Of a stretch of 64,000 bases of DNA, positions 12,985 to 27,727 are shown in pieces. This stretch comes from Eledone cirrhosa (taxonomy: Eukaryota). The translations under genes and the position numbers were made by a program. The notes beneath the pieces are model-generated. The model saw only the letters and a list, made by a program, of their open reading frames with translations, was not told where the DNA came from and did no database searches. Numbering within the stretch: position 1 is the first letter of the stretch; each line of letters starts with the position of its first letter. The stretch is taken from the NCBI GenBank assembly GCA_964016885.1, contig OZ024743.1, forward strand, positions 226,176,001 through 226,240,000, given 5' to 3'.

Positions 12985-15900
12985 GAAAACAGGGAGAAAA
13001 AGACGATTATTAGGAAGACAAATATCTTTTTTCCTTTTTATTTTTCTCTCTTTTTTTTCTGGATTAGAAAATGATTAAAACGAAATATCTTACTTTGTGT
13101 GAAGTGTTAAGGTATTAGTTGATTTATTTATTAATTAACAATGGCATTTATTTACTTATTTATATATTTAATAATTGTCTATTCCCGGTTTCAGCATTTT
13201 ATGCATTATCAAATGATAATAATATATATTGGTATAAAATGGTGGTGTTGAACATGTTAAGGAAATGGTGCAGAAAGAATAATGTTATTTACAAACAAGG
13301 TTTATGAAGTGAAAAGAAAAAAAGAAAAAAAGGGGGCGTAATGTGGAGCATAATAAGTCAATGTGAAAGAAAAAATAATGTTATTTACAGGCATAGTTCT
13401 TGAAGATAAGCAGATCAAAATGTGTTAATGTAGCAAGAGTGCTTAGTTGATCCATGATGGAGGCAAATGGTAGTCTGGGGTTTGATATGATTTCCCTTTT
13501 TAGAGAGTTAATATGCAGGGGGAGGTAATTCATGGTGGGAGAGAAATGATGGATGGTATCTAATTTACATAAGAAAAACGATTAGGTAGGGTGTGAGGGA
13601 GGTAACTCTTTAGAGAGACATAGGTATTTGGATTTGTTTCATTGTTTGTTCCAGTTTTAGTTTAGTCCGAAGTTTAGTGCATTAAGTAGAGGTTGGAATT
13701 TGTTAATGAAATACGTTTCCTTATTGGTACGATGGATGAAAGTAACGTTGTCTATGAATTTTTAAATGGGGAAAATTTTAAATCTTTCTGTATTCCTGTA
13801 TTTTGATTTGTGATTTATGGACGGTCATACGGTGACGGAGGCTGTTTTTTGTCTGTCCTATGTAGCGCTCTTGACAACCTGAGCAGGTCAAAACATAGAT
13901 TAGGTTTTCAGATGCACATGTAAAGTTGTGTTTAACTGTGAAATGTTGTCCTTGTTTAAAATGGAATGCTGAACCTTCTATTAGATTTATGCATATGCCA
14001 CAGTTGGGCCTTCCGCATTTTGTTACTGTAGGGTTTATTGTGAGGGTTGGTTGGATTTTGGCTCGTGTGAGGATGTTTTTTATGGATTTGGGTTGTCTTT
14101 TGCTCTTTATGATGTGTGTTTGGAGGATTTTGTTAATTCTTGGGTCTCTTTTTAGTAAAGGAATGTTCTGGAGGATGGTGTCGAATGCCTCATTGTTGAG
14201 GGGGTTGTGTGTGGAGATGTATGGTAGAGTTTTCTGTTGCGGTTCATTCCTGGGTTTGGGGTGTCTGAGTTCCTGGATGTCGAGTTTTAGGGCACGTTGG
14301 AATCCATTGTTGATGGTGGGTAGTTTCTGCTGATAAGTGTGTTTTTTTAATTCTTCTAATATGTAGCATGTGTATTTATCTGAAACTATTGTGCAGATCC
14401 TCTGGCTAGGTTATAAGGAATTGCCATTTTGGTATGTCGAGGGTGGCACGAGTTGAATGGAAGGTATTGTTTGGAGTCTGTGGGTTTGTAGTATATGTCT
14501 GTTTCTATTTTGTTGCTTGTTTTCTTGATGAGGATGTCGAGGAAAGGGAGTTGTTCATGGCTGTAATCCATTGTGAATTGTAAGTTTGTATTGAGTCCAT
14601 TTAGAAGGGTTTTAAACTCAATCAGTCTATCTATACTTTCATGCCAGAAGATGAAGCAGTCGTCCAGATATCTCTTCTAGTTCTTTTCTATGTGTTGGTA
14701 GAAGTGGTTGCCGTATTTGTTTAGAACTTTGCAGTAGAGAGTGGTTTCCAAATATCCCATGACAAGGTTGGCGTATGAGGGGGCTACTTTCGTGCCCATG
14801 GCAGTCCCAGATTTCTATCTGTAGTATTTGCCATTGAATTCGAAGAAATTATTTTCCAAGATGAATTTGAGTCCCTGCAACACAAATTCTTTAGGGATAT
14901 GCTGTGGGAGTTCACTAGGGAAATTTTCAAGCCAGAATTGTATTGCCTCTATACCTAGGTTGTGGGGGATATTGGAATATAAATTGATGACATTAAAGGT
15001 TACTAGTAGGGTGTGTTCATTGTTAAGGGTTGTTGGGAGGTGGATGAGCATGTCAAGGTCGTCCCTTATGAAGTTATTTATGTGTTTTATGAAAGGTTTA
15101 AGCAGAATATCTAGGAAGTTGCTTAGGCGGTGGGTTTCAAATGTGGTACCTGCTATTATGGGTCTTAATTTGAAGTCATCAGGAAGGGGTGGGGGATATT
15201 GATGTAAATGTATGTGGCGTCCTTGCAGACCCTGCCTATTACTTCGCTTTTGTGTATCTTTGGGATACCGTAGAAAAGGCTGGTTCTGCTTTTGAAATTG
15301 GTGATGTAGTTGTATTCCTTGTCGGTAAGGCTTTCTTTGTAAAGAGTTGTTAGGGATTTTAGGTTTCTCATTATTTTCTGTTGTTTGTAGTGTTGGGCCA
15401 TTTCATAATATGTTTGGTTTTCTAGAGTTGAGAGGACTAGAGTCGTGTAGTAATCTGTCTTCATAAGGACTACAGCACTCCCTTTATCTGCCTCTTTGAT
15501 TGTTAGGGTTTTGTTGTTTTTTAGACTGTTAAGACCATTCCATTCTTTTTTGCTTAGGTTTGGTTTTTGTTTATGCCTGTGAAGGTGGTGGTATGGGTAA
15601 TTAGTAATGTGTTCGCAGAATTGATCGAGGAATTTGTTCTTGCCTTTTGGTGGGGTTGCTTCTATTTCTGGCTATTGAGTCATCCTCATTGTATTTGTCG
15701 TATAGCTGCTCGCTGAGTCTTAGTTTTCTACAGAATTCTGCAATGTCTTCCTTCATTTCGGGGTAGTTTGGTCGTTGGCGAGTTGGTGTACATTTTAGAC
15801 CTTTGGAGGGTATGTTAATTTGGTCTGTTGTTAATTCTTTAGAGGTTAAATTAACAATTTTCATTACATTTTCTGTCTCCTGTGTGTTTTGTGTTATCTT

Positions 15901-17176
15901 GTTACTCTGTGTCTGTGTGCTGTGTCTAAAAAATGACTACGGAAGTTGTGGTGGTTGTTGAAGTTTGGATGTCTCTTATGGTTGTATTGGCCCCTGCTGT
16001 TGTTGTAAGATGGAGTGTAGCTGTGGTGGTTGTTGAAGTTAGGTTGTATCGTGTGGTTGTATTGAGTCCTGCTGCTGTTGTTGTTGTAGGGTGTGTAGAT
16101 TTGATGGACATGGTTATACGGTGTGAAGTTGTAGTGGTTGTTGAAGTTGGGTTGTATCGTATGGTTGTATTGAGCCCTGCTGTTGTCGTTGTAGGGTATG
16201 TAGGCTTGGTGGTAGTTGTAGTAGGGTTGTCTCGTGTGGTTATATTGAGTCCTGTTGTTGTTGTTGTATGGTGTGTAGTTATGGTGGTTGTGGTGGTTAG
16301 GTTGTCTCGTGTGGTTGTATTGTCCCCTGCTGGTGTTGTTGTAGTAGGATGTGGTTAGTGGAGCAGGGTAGATTAGGGTTTCCTTATAGTTGGTGTGTGG
16401 TTGTGAGGCCCTATGTTGAAAGTAATGATTGTTGTGGGTTTGTTGTGTGGGGATGTTAGGGGTGTTGTAAGTGTGGGGGATTCTATGGTATCTCCTGGTG
16501 GGAGAGAAGTTGTAGTGTCTATCTTGTAGCTTATGTTTCTCTATTACTATATTTGTTGCTTGGGAATCCGTGTGGTAGCTATGTGGTGGGTATAGGAGGT
16601 AGGGGCGAGGTGATGCCTTCTTTTTTTGGTATGTGGGGAGGTATTGTTTTTTTGTTATTGTTGTTTGTTGTGTGGTGTTTGGGTAGTGATTGGGTTTTCT
16701 TGTTATTATGGTTTTAATGAAGGGGTTCTTGGATGTGTGTTATTTTTGGAAAAGTGTTTCATAGTTAGAGAACCAGGTTTCGTTTATTTCCCAACGTTGA
16801 AGGGATTTTAATTCTTCCTTATTACAGTCCTTTAACGATAATTTTGAAATATTTTCTAGGGTGGTGTCTTTGGTTTTATTGATAATTGCTTGATGACTCT
16901 CATCGTCGATTGATTTGATCCTATCTTCATTTGTTTGGGCCCTCAATTTAAGGAGTTCAATTTCGGTTTTTATGTTATCAAGTGCCATTCTTTCCCTGAG
17001 GCGTCTTTGTGTCTCGGGTTCGTTTGAGATGGATTTAATTTGTAGTTTGCGGGGGCTAATTAATGGGGATGAGTTAATCCATTTTTCATAGATCTCCGCT
17101 TTGTTACTGTTTTGTATCTTCTTCCAAAAGGAGAATTTCCTGTTTTTAAGAGATGTGTACTATTGTGGTATTAATT

Positions 17177-17180
<4 letters not shown>
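12985..17180 (-). mobile_element. Degenerate near-full-length Penelope-like element
   Basis: Frameshifted ORF with FYGIPKIHK, LYSNIP, GTAMGTKVAPSYANL, YLDD, LPFLD, YYKPTDSKQYL..S.HP, a YIGQT GIY-YIG remnant and an NKFQPLLN end; T/N-rich repeat 15930-16355; HHR-like motif at 13179-13216; both ends at (TA)n. Confidence 0.9.
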
Positions 17181-17267
<87 letters not shown>

Positions 17268-17456
17268 TACTGTATATATATTTGAAAAGAGAAGTAAAGT
17301 TCTATACAAAACAGTGACTATAGAGAAAAGGGAAGGTTGGAAATAGAACGGAAAATATATTTTCAGGGTCTGTTTTTCTTTTTTTTCCTTTCTTTGATTC
17401 GCCAAAGTGACATTATTGAAAAAATGAGTTTTATATTGTATATAAAGTTTATAAAG

Positions 17457-17500
17457 TATTACCGGTTTCGATGTATTAGTAAAATTCATCTTATCAAATG
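17457..17500 (-). ncRNA. Hammerhead variant with TTGATAA core
   Basis: TTGATAA-GATG...CATC-GAAA-CCGG-T-A; short stem I. Confidence 0.55.
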
Positions 17501-17757
17501 TTGAGTTTACAATTAAAAATAATTAATAAGAATTAAAAGCTAAAAATTAAAGATTTAAAATTAAGAGGTAAGTTTTTTTCATCTTCCTTGTTGAGAAGAA
17601 GACTGGAAAAGGAACTCATGTGTATATATATAGAGAGAGGTGTAGACATAAAGTAGCAGGAGGAGTGGTGGTAGGTGCGTTCACGGAACAAAATTGCTTT
17701 TTGGGACAAAGAAGATATTCTGTAAATATGTGTCTGTACACAAACACACACACACAC

Positions 17758-17847
<90 letters not shown>

Positions 17848-18483
17848 ATCCCCCCCCCCACACACACACATAGTCTATAATTATTTCGTATTTAATTCTA
17901 AACAAATCATTATGTATATATGTATGTGTGTGTCCATGTTAGAGAGTGTCCATGTTAGAAAATATGTTTGATGTTTGTACTTGTCTATATATGTAAGATT
18001 TGGTAGTTGGGTATGTATATAATATTTGTGCACATGTATTGTGAATTAGTTAAAAAGTATGCTTTACGTTCAGGTTGTTCCAGGTGTTAGCCCATTACGC
18101 GGTAATCTCCATTAAACCAATATATTTGCTAAACTGGATTAAAGAAAATTGAGTGGTAGTCCAACAGATGGTCTGTACCTATAATTCTAAAGACTTGGCG
18201 TTTTCGACCTGTATCATATTGAGTCCACCTATGAATTAGGGTAAACCTATATGTATCTGTGAAGTTCTCACCCACGTACAGGATCATATAACAAGCAAGA
18301 AGTTCTGTTAATCCAGTTATTCGCAAAGGAGAGGTACTTGGTTCCAATGGAAGGAATTTTAGCCAGAGAGGAATAGGGGCAAAACCTAAACTAGGAAAGA
18401 ATAGTTGACAATACTATATATATATGAAAGAATAATTGTATATATCAACGAAATACCAATATAGCCAACAGTAAAGGTAATTA

Positions 18484-18652
18484 CCGTATTTCCCGGCGCC
18501 GATGACGCTTTGTCTTCGAGGACGAACCCTAATTTTGACAACTACAAATTTGAAAAAGAAATAATAAACAACCTTAGGCCTCCCGGACGCATGGTAGAAT
18601 TTTGAGACTTATTTTAAGAAAAAAATAGCGTCTTCGACGCCGGGAAATACCA
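18484..18652. mobile_element. MITE, Tc1/mariner/pogo-like
   Basis: TIR ccgtatttcccggcg..ga.gacgc / gcgtcttcgacgccgggaaatac; TA flanks. Confidence 0.75.
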
Positions 18653-20335
18653 TATATATTAAAAGTTCACAGAAACTTGCTACTCCGTATGTAATCCTAT
18701 TTGTAACTATACAACTATTTTCGATAGAAAAGCTTGTTCAAGACGATATGATGCTCGGGTAAAACATTATTGGATGGCAAGTCAAATTTATTAGATGATT
18801 GGGGAAACAAAGTAAGCAATGTTGCTTGGGTCTCTGAGAATAACTATATTAATCGGAGTATAATACTCGTGCTATATATTTTAAATACAATTCAATCCTT
18901 CCTCAAAAGCGGTGTGCTTCTAAAATCCCTACATGAGTACTCTTCAAGATATGTGATATGACTATTTCAGTTGAGCTAAGTGAGTGTCCTAATATAAACT
19001 TCCTGGCTGAAGATATATGTTTGTCGTATCTAATCCTTTTTGATACCAGCCCGGCCAAAAACTGGCTCTGGTTTAATGAAACAAACCACTCATTTTAAAG
19101 GACTCTATTTCAGTTCAAATATTCCAAGATAATTTTCTATAAGGACCATACGTTAAGTTACTGTCTATGTCCCGTCACATAGTAGTTCGACAAGTAGAGA
19201 TCAATGAAGTAGGTATCAGTGTCAGATATGAACAAATATGAACTGGAATCGATAAATCGATTAGAACGTTTGAAGGCAGTGTCTCAGCATGTCCACAGTC
19301 AACTGTTTGAAGCCTTTAAAATAATATGTGTCCTCATTCATCCGCCATGGGACCTTGCGCTTATCTTACCAATTTTGAAAAAATAAATAAATGATATTAC
19401 TTTATTAGGGCACAGGATTGCAGAATCAGTAGAATGTTGGGAAAAATGCCATGTAGTATTAGTTACGTCATTTTAAGTTTCAGTTTCAAAGACACTGTCT
19501 TCCGCTAAATCTAGTGGCCTTGAGCCAATGTTAGAAATCATTATTACTATCATTATTATCATTATATTCCCTCGATATTTAAAAAAAGTATTGTTAGAGT
19601 TGCGTTCCACCGTGTAATGTAATTATTACAAACCCTTCCACTAACACTAGCACAAGCGTTGAAATTTGACAGGAACTAATACTTCTCAAGCTAAATGCTT
19701 TTGGCTACGTTGGGTTGGCAACATCCAAATAATTCACTGCAGGGGTTACATGTAACTGTTAAACCAAACGAAATATTCTGCTGAACAATTTTAATATCAA
19801 TGAGTGGCTTAGAGTGATTAACTCCTCCTTTAAAAAAAAAAAAAAGACATGGAGCGTTTTTTTTTTTTGCGGTAGTACACAACAAAGTCAATATTAGACT
19901 TCAACAATCCGGTTAAATATTGCAATTTACGCCGGAGAGAGGCGAGAATATTGAGAATTTTGTTACGATCTAGTTGCTTGTAAAAGAACTTCAAATAAAC
20001 AAATATTCTATCCACTTTTCCCTCTCCTAGTGTACCTTGCTCGGTATTCATAGTCGACTATTATTTACCTTTATTCATTGGTCGACTATTATTTACCTTG
20101 GACCGACTACATTTATAATCGCAATTTCTTTCAAACCCTAAGCCAACATCTTTATATATGTTTATATATATCAAAATATGACAATCCCAAACGCAGAACA
20201 TAGTTATAACAGTTGATACCTATAACTAATATTTGAGAAAATTGGGTAAATATGTATATATAAGAATTTACATAAAGGATCAGAGAAAGCCACACAAACA
20301 CAAGCACGATATATATATATCTTTCTCTCTCTCTA

Positions 20336-20389
<54 letters not shown>

Positions 20390-20392
<3 letters not shown>

Positions 20393-20488
20393 GGTGTCCC
20401 AAAAATGTATACAAACTTCGACAGCATTCTAATAAATATTACCTGAACAGGTAATCAAAGTGTGTATATATGATTTGGAGACACCTTG
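20390..20488. mobile_element. Tc1/mariner-type MITE, same family as 11562
   Basis: cagggtgtccc...gacaccttg with TA flanks. Confidence 0.75.
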
Positions 20489-20963
20489 TATATATGCATG
20501 TATATAGAAACGCAAACAGACATTAACACAAACTCACAAATCTCACAGACACCGACCTTTTAAATATATTCTCCATATTACTATATCCATATATTTATAT
20601 CGATATAGCTATATGTCTGTATATCTATATGTCTGTATACCTAAATGTCTATATGAATTCACCACAATACCTTTATTTATAACTACAGTCCATTGAAGTT
20701 TTTTTTTAGTCAGGAGAGTTTTGTGTCGTGGTAGTAATTTAGCACAAACTTAGCAGAATGTTCCTCCAGCCAGCCGAAAAGTTCTAGTTTTTACCTTTTT
20801 ATGTCTGCAGAGGAAGGTAAAAACACTTCCAATTTGATTTGACACGGTTTCTAACCCTTCTATTATTATATTGATCAGAAGTTCGTTTTATAAATGTGTG
20901 TGAAGTATCCTAACTACATACGTGTGTGTGTGCCGGTGTGTTCATATTTGTATAAATATATAG

Positions 20964-21024
<61 letters not shown>

Positions 21025-21159
21025 AATATATATATATATATATATATACAAATATATATATATATACACACAAATATATATGTATAGATACATCACACAA
21101 ATACGAATAGACATACAGCCACCCACAGAGACACAGACACACACACACACACACACACA

Positions 21160-21198
<39 letters not shown>

Positions 21199-21463
21199 TT
21201 ATATATGCGCTCATACATGTGTACTCACCAAAAGTTTTAGTTATAGTCATTCATATGAATATGCATGTATATATGTATATATGTGTATGCATGTATATGC
21301 ATGTATATATGCATGTATATATGTATATGAATGTGTCTGTGTTTTCCAGATATAATTTAACTACTTAATATATGTATATTAACCCTCCATACACACATAC
21401 ATGTGTGTATATATATATATATATATATACTTGGGGAGGGTCATATTTGTGTAATATTGCCAG

Positions 21464-21531
<68 letters not shown>

Positions 21532-21596
21532 TAACTTCTTCTCCCACACATTATATTATTAATTTTTCATTTTCTTTGCGTTTCGCCTTTAATTTG

Positions 21597-21712
21597 ATAT
21601 AGAAATAGCTTCTACAGGACGAGAACTGTTTCATTCGAGAGAAATAAAAGGGCTTTCCTGATGATTTATTTCGATTGAAACTTTTCTAGACCTGTAGAAG
21701 TCATTTCTATAT
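21597..21712. repeat. Short foldback repeat with HHR-like core (family D)
   Basis: atagaaat..cttctacagg / cctgtagaagtcatttctat; CTGATGA..GAAAC; relatives at 5092-5130, 51038-51150, 55614-55680. Confidence 0.6.
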
Positions 21713-21790
21713 TAAATTTGATGTTTACACTCTACTACATATCTGAGTGAGCGTTGGAGAGGTGAGGAAGCAACGATTGAACCCGGGACT

Positions 21791-21822
<32 letters not shown>

Positions 21823-21831
21823 CACATATAA

Positions 21832-21897
<66 letters not shown>

Positions 21898-21941
21898 TCT
21901 TATACATATATATATACATATATATTTATGCATATATATAT

Positions 21942-22070
<129 letters not shown>

Positions 22071-22109
22071 CATATTTATATATATATATATATATATATA
22101 TACAGTATA

Positions 22110-22143
<34 letters not shown>

Positions 22144-22183
22144 CATATATATATACATTTATATATATATATACATATATACA

Positions 22184-22268
<85 letters not shown>

Positions 22269-22302
22269 ATATATATATGCATAAATATATATGTATATAT
22301 AT

Positions 22303-22361
<59 letters not shown>

Positions 22362-22366
22362 CAGTA

Positions 22367-22462
<96 letters not shown>

Positions 22463-22894
22463 TATATATATGCACGCAGTCTCTTTGATGGTGTTATACG
22501 TTTTTTTCCCTCTAACTTCTTTCATACCTGCTAAATTCCAGTGTATATATTTAGGTACATGGACACTCTCCCGACGTAGACGCACACTTTTGTTGCTATC
22601 TTCATATGTCTTTACTGTTGTTGTTGTTGGTGTTGTGGTTATTGTCGTTGTCTTTGTAGATATTTTTCTATTTTCTCTATTTCAATATCCTTTATTCTAG
22701 TCAGCGAAGCGTCAGAATTATGTAGCCACACATATACAGACGGACACACACGTACACACACGTACACACACGTACACACACGTACACACACGTACACACT
22801 CATACATACAGTTTTGAACATTCTACTGTAAACATGTTTATATACACAACACAAACATAGACTCAAACACATGCCCACCAGCTCACACAAGCAC

Positions 22895-22931
<37 letters not shown>

Positions 22932-22959
22932 GACACAGACACAGACACACACACACACA

Positions 22960-23022
<63 letters not shown>

Positions 23023-23059
23023 ACACACACACACACACACACATGTTTATATATGTATG

Positions 23060-23101
<42 letters not shown>

Positions 23102-23110
<9 letters not shown>

Positions 23111-23648
23111 AAACGAAAAATCAGTGATGCATCTGACTCAGTTTATTGCGTGTTACAATTGTTTCGTCGGCAGACAGCTCGAGACAGGATCATTGTATGG
23201 ATCTGTCTGATTCTGGACCTGCAGGTTCATCGGACACTGGCAATACTTTCGGAACAAATTTTCTCACTGGGGTGTTAGCTTCAAAAAACATTTTCATCGC
23301 TTGTTCTGCTGTTGGCTGTTGTTTTTCTATGTCTTAATAAATTCTGGCCAATAGTTGCTGCCATACTGTCCATCAGCTACTCTCCGTCCGACACACTTCA
23401 ATGAATTCATGCTGGGTTTGGTATTTCACAAGTCACTCACTCACACAGTGTCCGACGAACCTGCAGTTCTAGAATAAGACAGATTCATACAATGATCGTG
23501 TCTCGAGCTATCTGTCGGCGAAACAATTGTAACACACAATAAATTGAGTCCAGATGCGTCACTGATTTTTCGTTTTATATTATATCCCACTCTGCTCTGT
23601 AAGAACATAGAGTGCTCAACTGGCATACCACCTATGGAAGCATCATAC
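23102..23648. mobile_element. Penelope-like 3' stub between inverted pLTRs, each with a CCGANGA-core hammerhead
   Basis: Arms 23102-23239 and 23446-23585 are inverted; HHRs 23150-23237 (-) and 23448-23535 (+); the middle translates on - as KPSMN...G...W*, like a Penelope C-terminus. Confidence 0.7.
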
Positions 23649-23656
23649 ACACACAG

Positions 23657-23735
<79 letters not shown>

Positions 23736-23852
23736 AGTGTGTTTGTGTGTGTGTTAGGTATTTCTGAAGAAAAAGCAAAGGAAAAAGGAGTGTTCTATGT
23801 ATAGAATAGAGCTATTTAATTAGGATGTGAACAACACAATATATAACAACTC

Positions 23853-23998
23853 CATTACCAAAGGTTCAGGACTCTAGACAAAATTAACATACGTCTAGAT
23901 CGTTCATCAGACAGAGAGGTTAGCGTTAAGGTTAGGGTTAGAGTTGATCGATCTAGACATATGTTAATATCGTCTAGGGTCCTGAAACCTTTGGAAAT
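23853..23998. mobile_element. MITE-like element with internal ttaggg-like repeats
   Basis: ccaaaggttcaggactctagac..attaacata.gtctagatcg vs cgatctagacatatgttaat..gtctagggtcctgaaacctttgg. Confidence 0.6.
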
Positions 23999-24044
23999 AG
24001 AGTAGTTATATATTGTATTGTTCCTAATTAAATATATATATATA

Positions 24045-24390
24045 TCTTTATATATATAAAAGCGAGGATGTGTGTGTGTCTGTGTACAAATTTGCATGCT
24101 TAAGGCTTTCACAATTACCAACTGAATTTGACCAAATTTTCTGTGCACGTTGCACAGGTCACTAAGATTGTCACATCACAAACATTTTTCAAATCGACCT
24201 ACGGTGAGCAATAAAAAATTGATATCAAAATTATCGGTAGCAACATTGATGTAAGGGAGATAACTAACTTTATTGACAATCCTTACAAACATCAGATACA
24301 TTTGAAAATAAATCACTAATATTATCGTTTGTTTCTTGTTTATTCTTTGCTGCATTTCAAACCCTGGGCAACGCCGGGTAAATCTGGTAG
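24045..24390 (+). mobile_element. Non-autonomous Helitron
   Basis: 5' TC-tttatatatataaaag + (GT)n; 3' hairpin cctgggcaacgccggg then gtag (CTAG-like); inserted between A and T. Confidence 0.75.
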
Positions 24391-24428
<38 letters not shown>

Positions 24429-24454
24429 CGTGTGTGTGTGTGGGGGGGATTAGG

Positions 24455-24680
24455 CTTGTGAGTTGTTAGTTCGATTCTAGGACCGGGTGACGTGTTGCTG
24501 TGCCAAGCTGTATCAGCCATAACCTTTCCCTTGGACATCATGAGTGGCGGGGAGAGATGAGGCTTGTATGCATGGGTGACTGCTGGTCTTCCACAAACAA
24601 CCTTGTTTGTACTTGAGCCTCGGAGGGAAACTTTCTAGGTGTAAATCACATGGTCATTCGTGACTGAATGGTGTCTTTGA
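24455..24680 (+). mobile_element. tRNA-derived SINE (degenerate)
   Basis: B box AGTTCGATTC followed by ggaccgggtgacg, matching the 5450-5572 family. Confidence 0.55.
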
Positions 24681-25174
24681 TATATATAAATATATATAGA
24701 GAGAGATTTCACAGAGACAAATGTATTCTGCCGGATAGATACACTCATATATAGAAGCCACTACTTTGATATGGAACGCCGATAAACATTCATGGAATTA
24801 AATTTACCCCTTTCATCTATGCGGGTTTAGTTGGTTTCTAGGAATTTGCATCGCATATGAAGTTTCTTGTATTTTTAATGACATAGACTTCATGGCAGTC
24901 ATGTAAAGTACCGCGAAATTTAACATCGTACTCAAGATTTCATCGCGCCGCCTAGTCAAGGAGTCAAAATCTCAAACTTATGAATCCAATATCCAAACAC
25001 TCCACACACTGTCACATATAGAACAGTTTTATCAAGTACACCGATACATGGCTGATTCTTTGACACCTCAACCGCATACACGTTTACACGTTACTCATAA
25101 GCTCAATAAATTCAGGCACACAAATTTCATACACACACACACACACATATATACATGTATATAAATATACATAT

Positions 25175-25207
<33 letters not shown>

Positions 25208-26235
25208 GTGTTTTATCTATAATTGATGATAAATGATCATAAAAAAAATGCGAAAATTCTAAATTGGAAAGCAACTCTGCACAAAGAAATTGGAAATTTG
25301 TTGTTACCTGAAGTTATAGAATCGGATTGTGTTTTATCTTTGCTAAAATTTGACGAAGATATACTGATGACCATTTATCTCTCCAGCAGCGTTTATTTAG
25401 TTATCAGTGAACAGCTCTGGCATCAAATGACAACAGGAGATCAGTTTGGCAACACATTGACTAGCAGTTCGATTTTTTGGCATAGACTGGATTCTTCGTT
25501 ACTTATTTTGCACATCACATATATCCTACAACGTCACACACACATACACACACAAACACACACACATACACACACATACACACACATACACACACATACA
25601 CACACATACTAACTCATACACACACACACACACGCGCGCATAAACACACCTATTGTTACACATACTCAAACGTACATACACACACCTACTCTTACATACA
25701 CACGCACACCTACGCCTACTCCTACACATACTCACACATACATACACACACACATTTACTCTTACACATACTCACATATACATACATACACACTATCACC
25801 TACTCTTACAAATGATCATACACACAGAAGCGCGCATACACACATATGCGTCCTCACACGCATACATACAATTTATACGCTGATATAAAAATGTGATTCT
25901 TGTTCTGCCGTCAGTTGCTCTTCTAGCAAAACTGATAAACAGTATAATGAAAACTTATAATTTATCAGAAAAGTATGCTTTGGATAATTGTGGTAAGAGG
26001 GTAAGAATAAAATTGAAAGTTAATTGTGATAAAAGATGTATTGAGACAGACTTGAAGTCAGAGAGGATAAAAATGATTAGAAGGTATTAAATAAAGATAG
26101 ACAAGCTAGGAACAAGATAGAGAAAGTGAAAACCTCAGAGATAGATAGGTAGATAAATAGATAGATAGCGACAATGTAGAAATGCGTGTGTAAGTGTATG
26201 TATGTGTGCGTGAGAGACAGATAGAGAGAGAGAGA

Positions 26236-26310
<75 letters not shown>

Positions 26311-26466
26311 AGAGAGACATAGAGGTAATGAGGGAGAGATACATACATATATATATATAATGGTAATATTTTGGTAGAAAATGTTCAAGGCATAGAGCAA
26401 CTCAAGTACTCGTTAAGGGTGAAAGCAGCGATTCTTTGCTTAAACTTTAATCTGTTATTTTAATAA

Positions 26467-26526
<60 letters not shown>

Positions 26527-26841
26527 AAGGAAAAAAGATCAAATCGAAAATGCAACTGGAGACTTTTTTTAATAAAAATATATATTTATTTTGTTCCTTT
26601 ACCGGTTTCGCAGTTTTCAAAAGTAGAATTGAAATGGAGGGTTTGTGGTTTTTCTCACAAACCCTCCATCTCAATTCTACTTTTGAAAAGCAGAAGAACT
26701 GCGAAACCGGTAAAGGAACCAGATAAATATATATTTTTATAAAAAAAGACTCCAGTTGCATTTTCGATTTCCTCTTTTTCCCCTATACATTCACTCGTGT
26801 AGGACACCTCGTTTTTTTTTCATTTTGTAAAAATATCTCAC

Positions 26842-26850
<9 letters not shown>
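26527..26850. mobile_element. Foldback pLTR-like element with TTGAAAA-core hammerhead (26680-26715, +)
   Basis: Arms 26527-26648 and 26656-26785; CTT-TTGAAAA-GCAGaagaaCTGC-GAAA-CCGG-T-A-AAG; relative at 57795-57908. Confidence 0.75.
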
Positions 26851-26881
<31 letters not shown>

Positions 26882-26986
26882 ATATATATATATAAACATA
26901 TATATATATATAAACATATATATATAAACATATATATAAACAAATATTTATATATATATATATATATATATATGTTTATATATATA

Positions 26987-27663
26987 GGCCTTGCGCACCA
27001 GGACTGAACAAAGTCTGATTCAGCTCCTTGGGTCCTATTCCCCTCTTGGACTCAACTCACCTCCTCAATTTCTCTAATACCCCGTCCATTATAACACGCG
27101 ATTTTACATTCACCCATAGATTCCTATCGCTTTCTCTTGATCGTTAACATCTTCTCTTACAACTAATACAGACCGACTATATATGCTCATTCCACTTTCC
27201 CCTCACTGCTCTGTATACACACCTTCATATTAACATAATTTTGCTCATTGCTTCGTACTTACATGCTCACACACTCTTTCGTTCCCATATACACACACAA
27301 TTCTTCTTCGCTTCGTACCGACGTATAATAACACACACCCACACACACACGCACACACACACACACACACGCTTACGCACGTGCACAAGTATAGGTCTTT
27401 TTACAAAACGTTTTTTCTTTCCATTTCAGATAGACGCGCTCCATCATCCACTTTCCTAACAAATAAATCATACACAAAACTACAGCACCAACAGTTTTGC
27501 AAGAGATGTCAACATGAATGGACCTGTTATTTTTATCTAAAGACATTTTTTCCAATTCCAATCCACCCGTCCCCTCAATCTATCTTATTTCTCATTCTTT
27601 CTTCTGATGAAGGACTGGCGTCCGAAACGTTAGCACCCTCTTCCAGCTATATCAAGCGTTAAC

Positions 27664-27665
<2 letters not shown>
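26987..27665 (+). mobile_element. Penelope-like 3' end with hammerhead 27600-27635; resumes at 29651-29708
   Basis: [21 protein letters not shown] is a typical Penelope GIY-YIG terminus; pLTR matches 6927-7147. Confidence 0.8.

Positions 27666-27723
<58 letters not shown>

Positions 27724-27727
<4 letters not shown>

Noticed and set aside
23915-23945. Interstitial telomere
   Set aside because: Only a few degenerate ttaggg units, inside a MITE-like inverted repeat
25223-25612. 129-aa ORF in unique sequence
   Set aside because: No recognisable domain and it runs into (CA)n; could be non-coding
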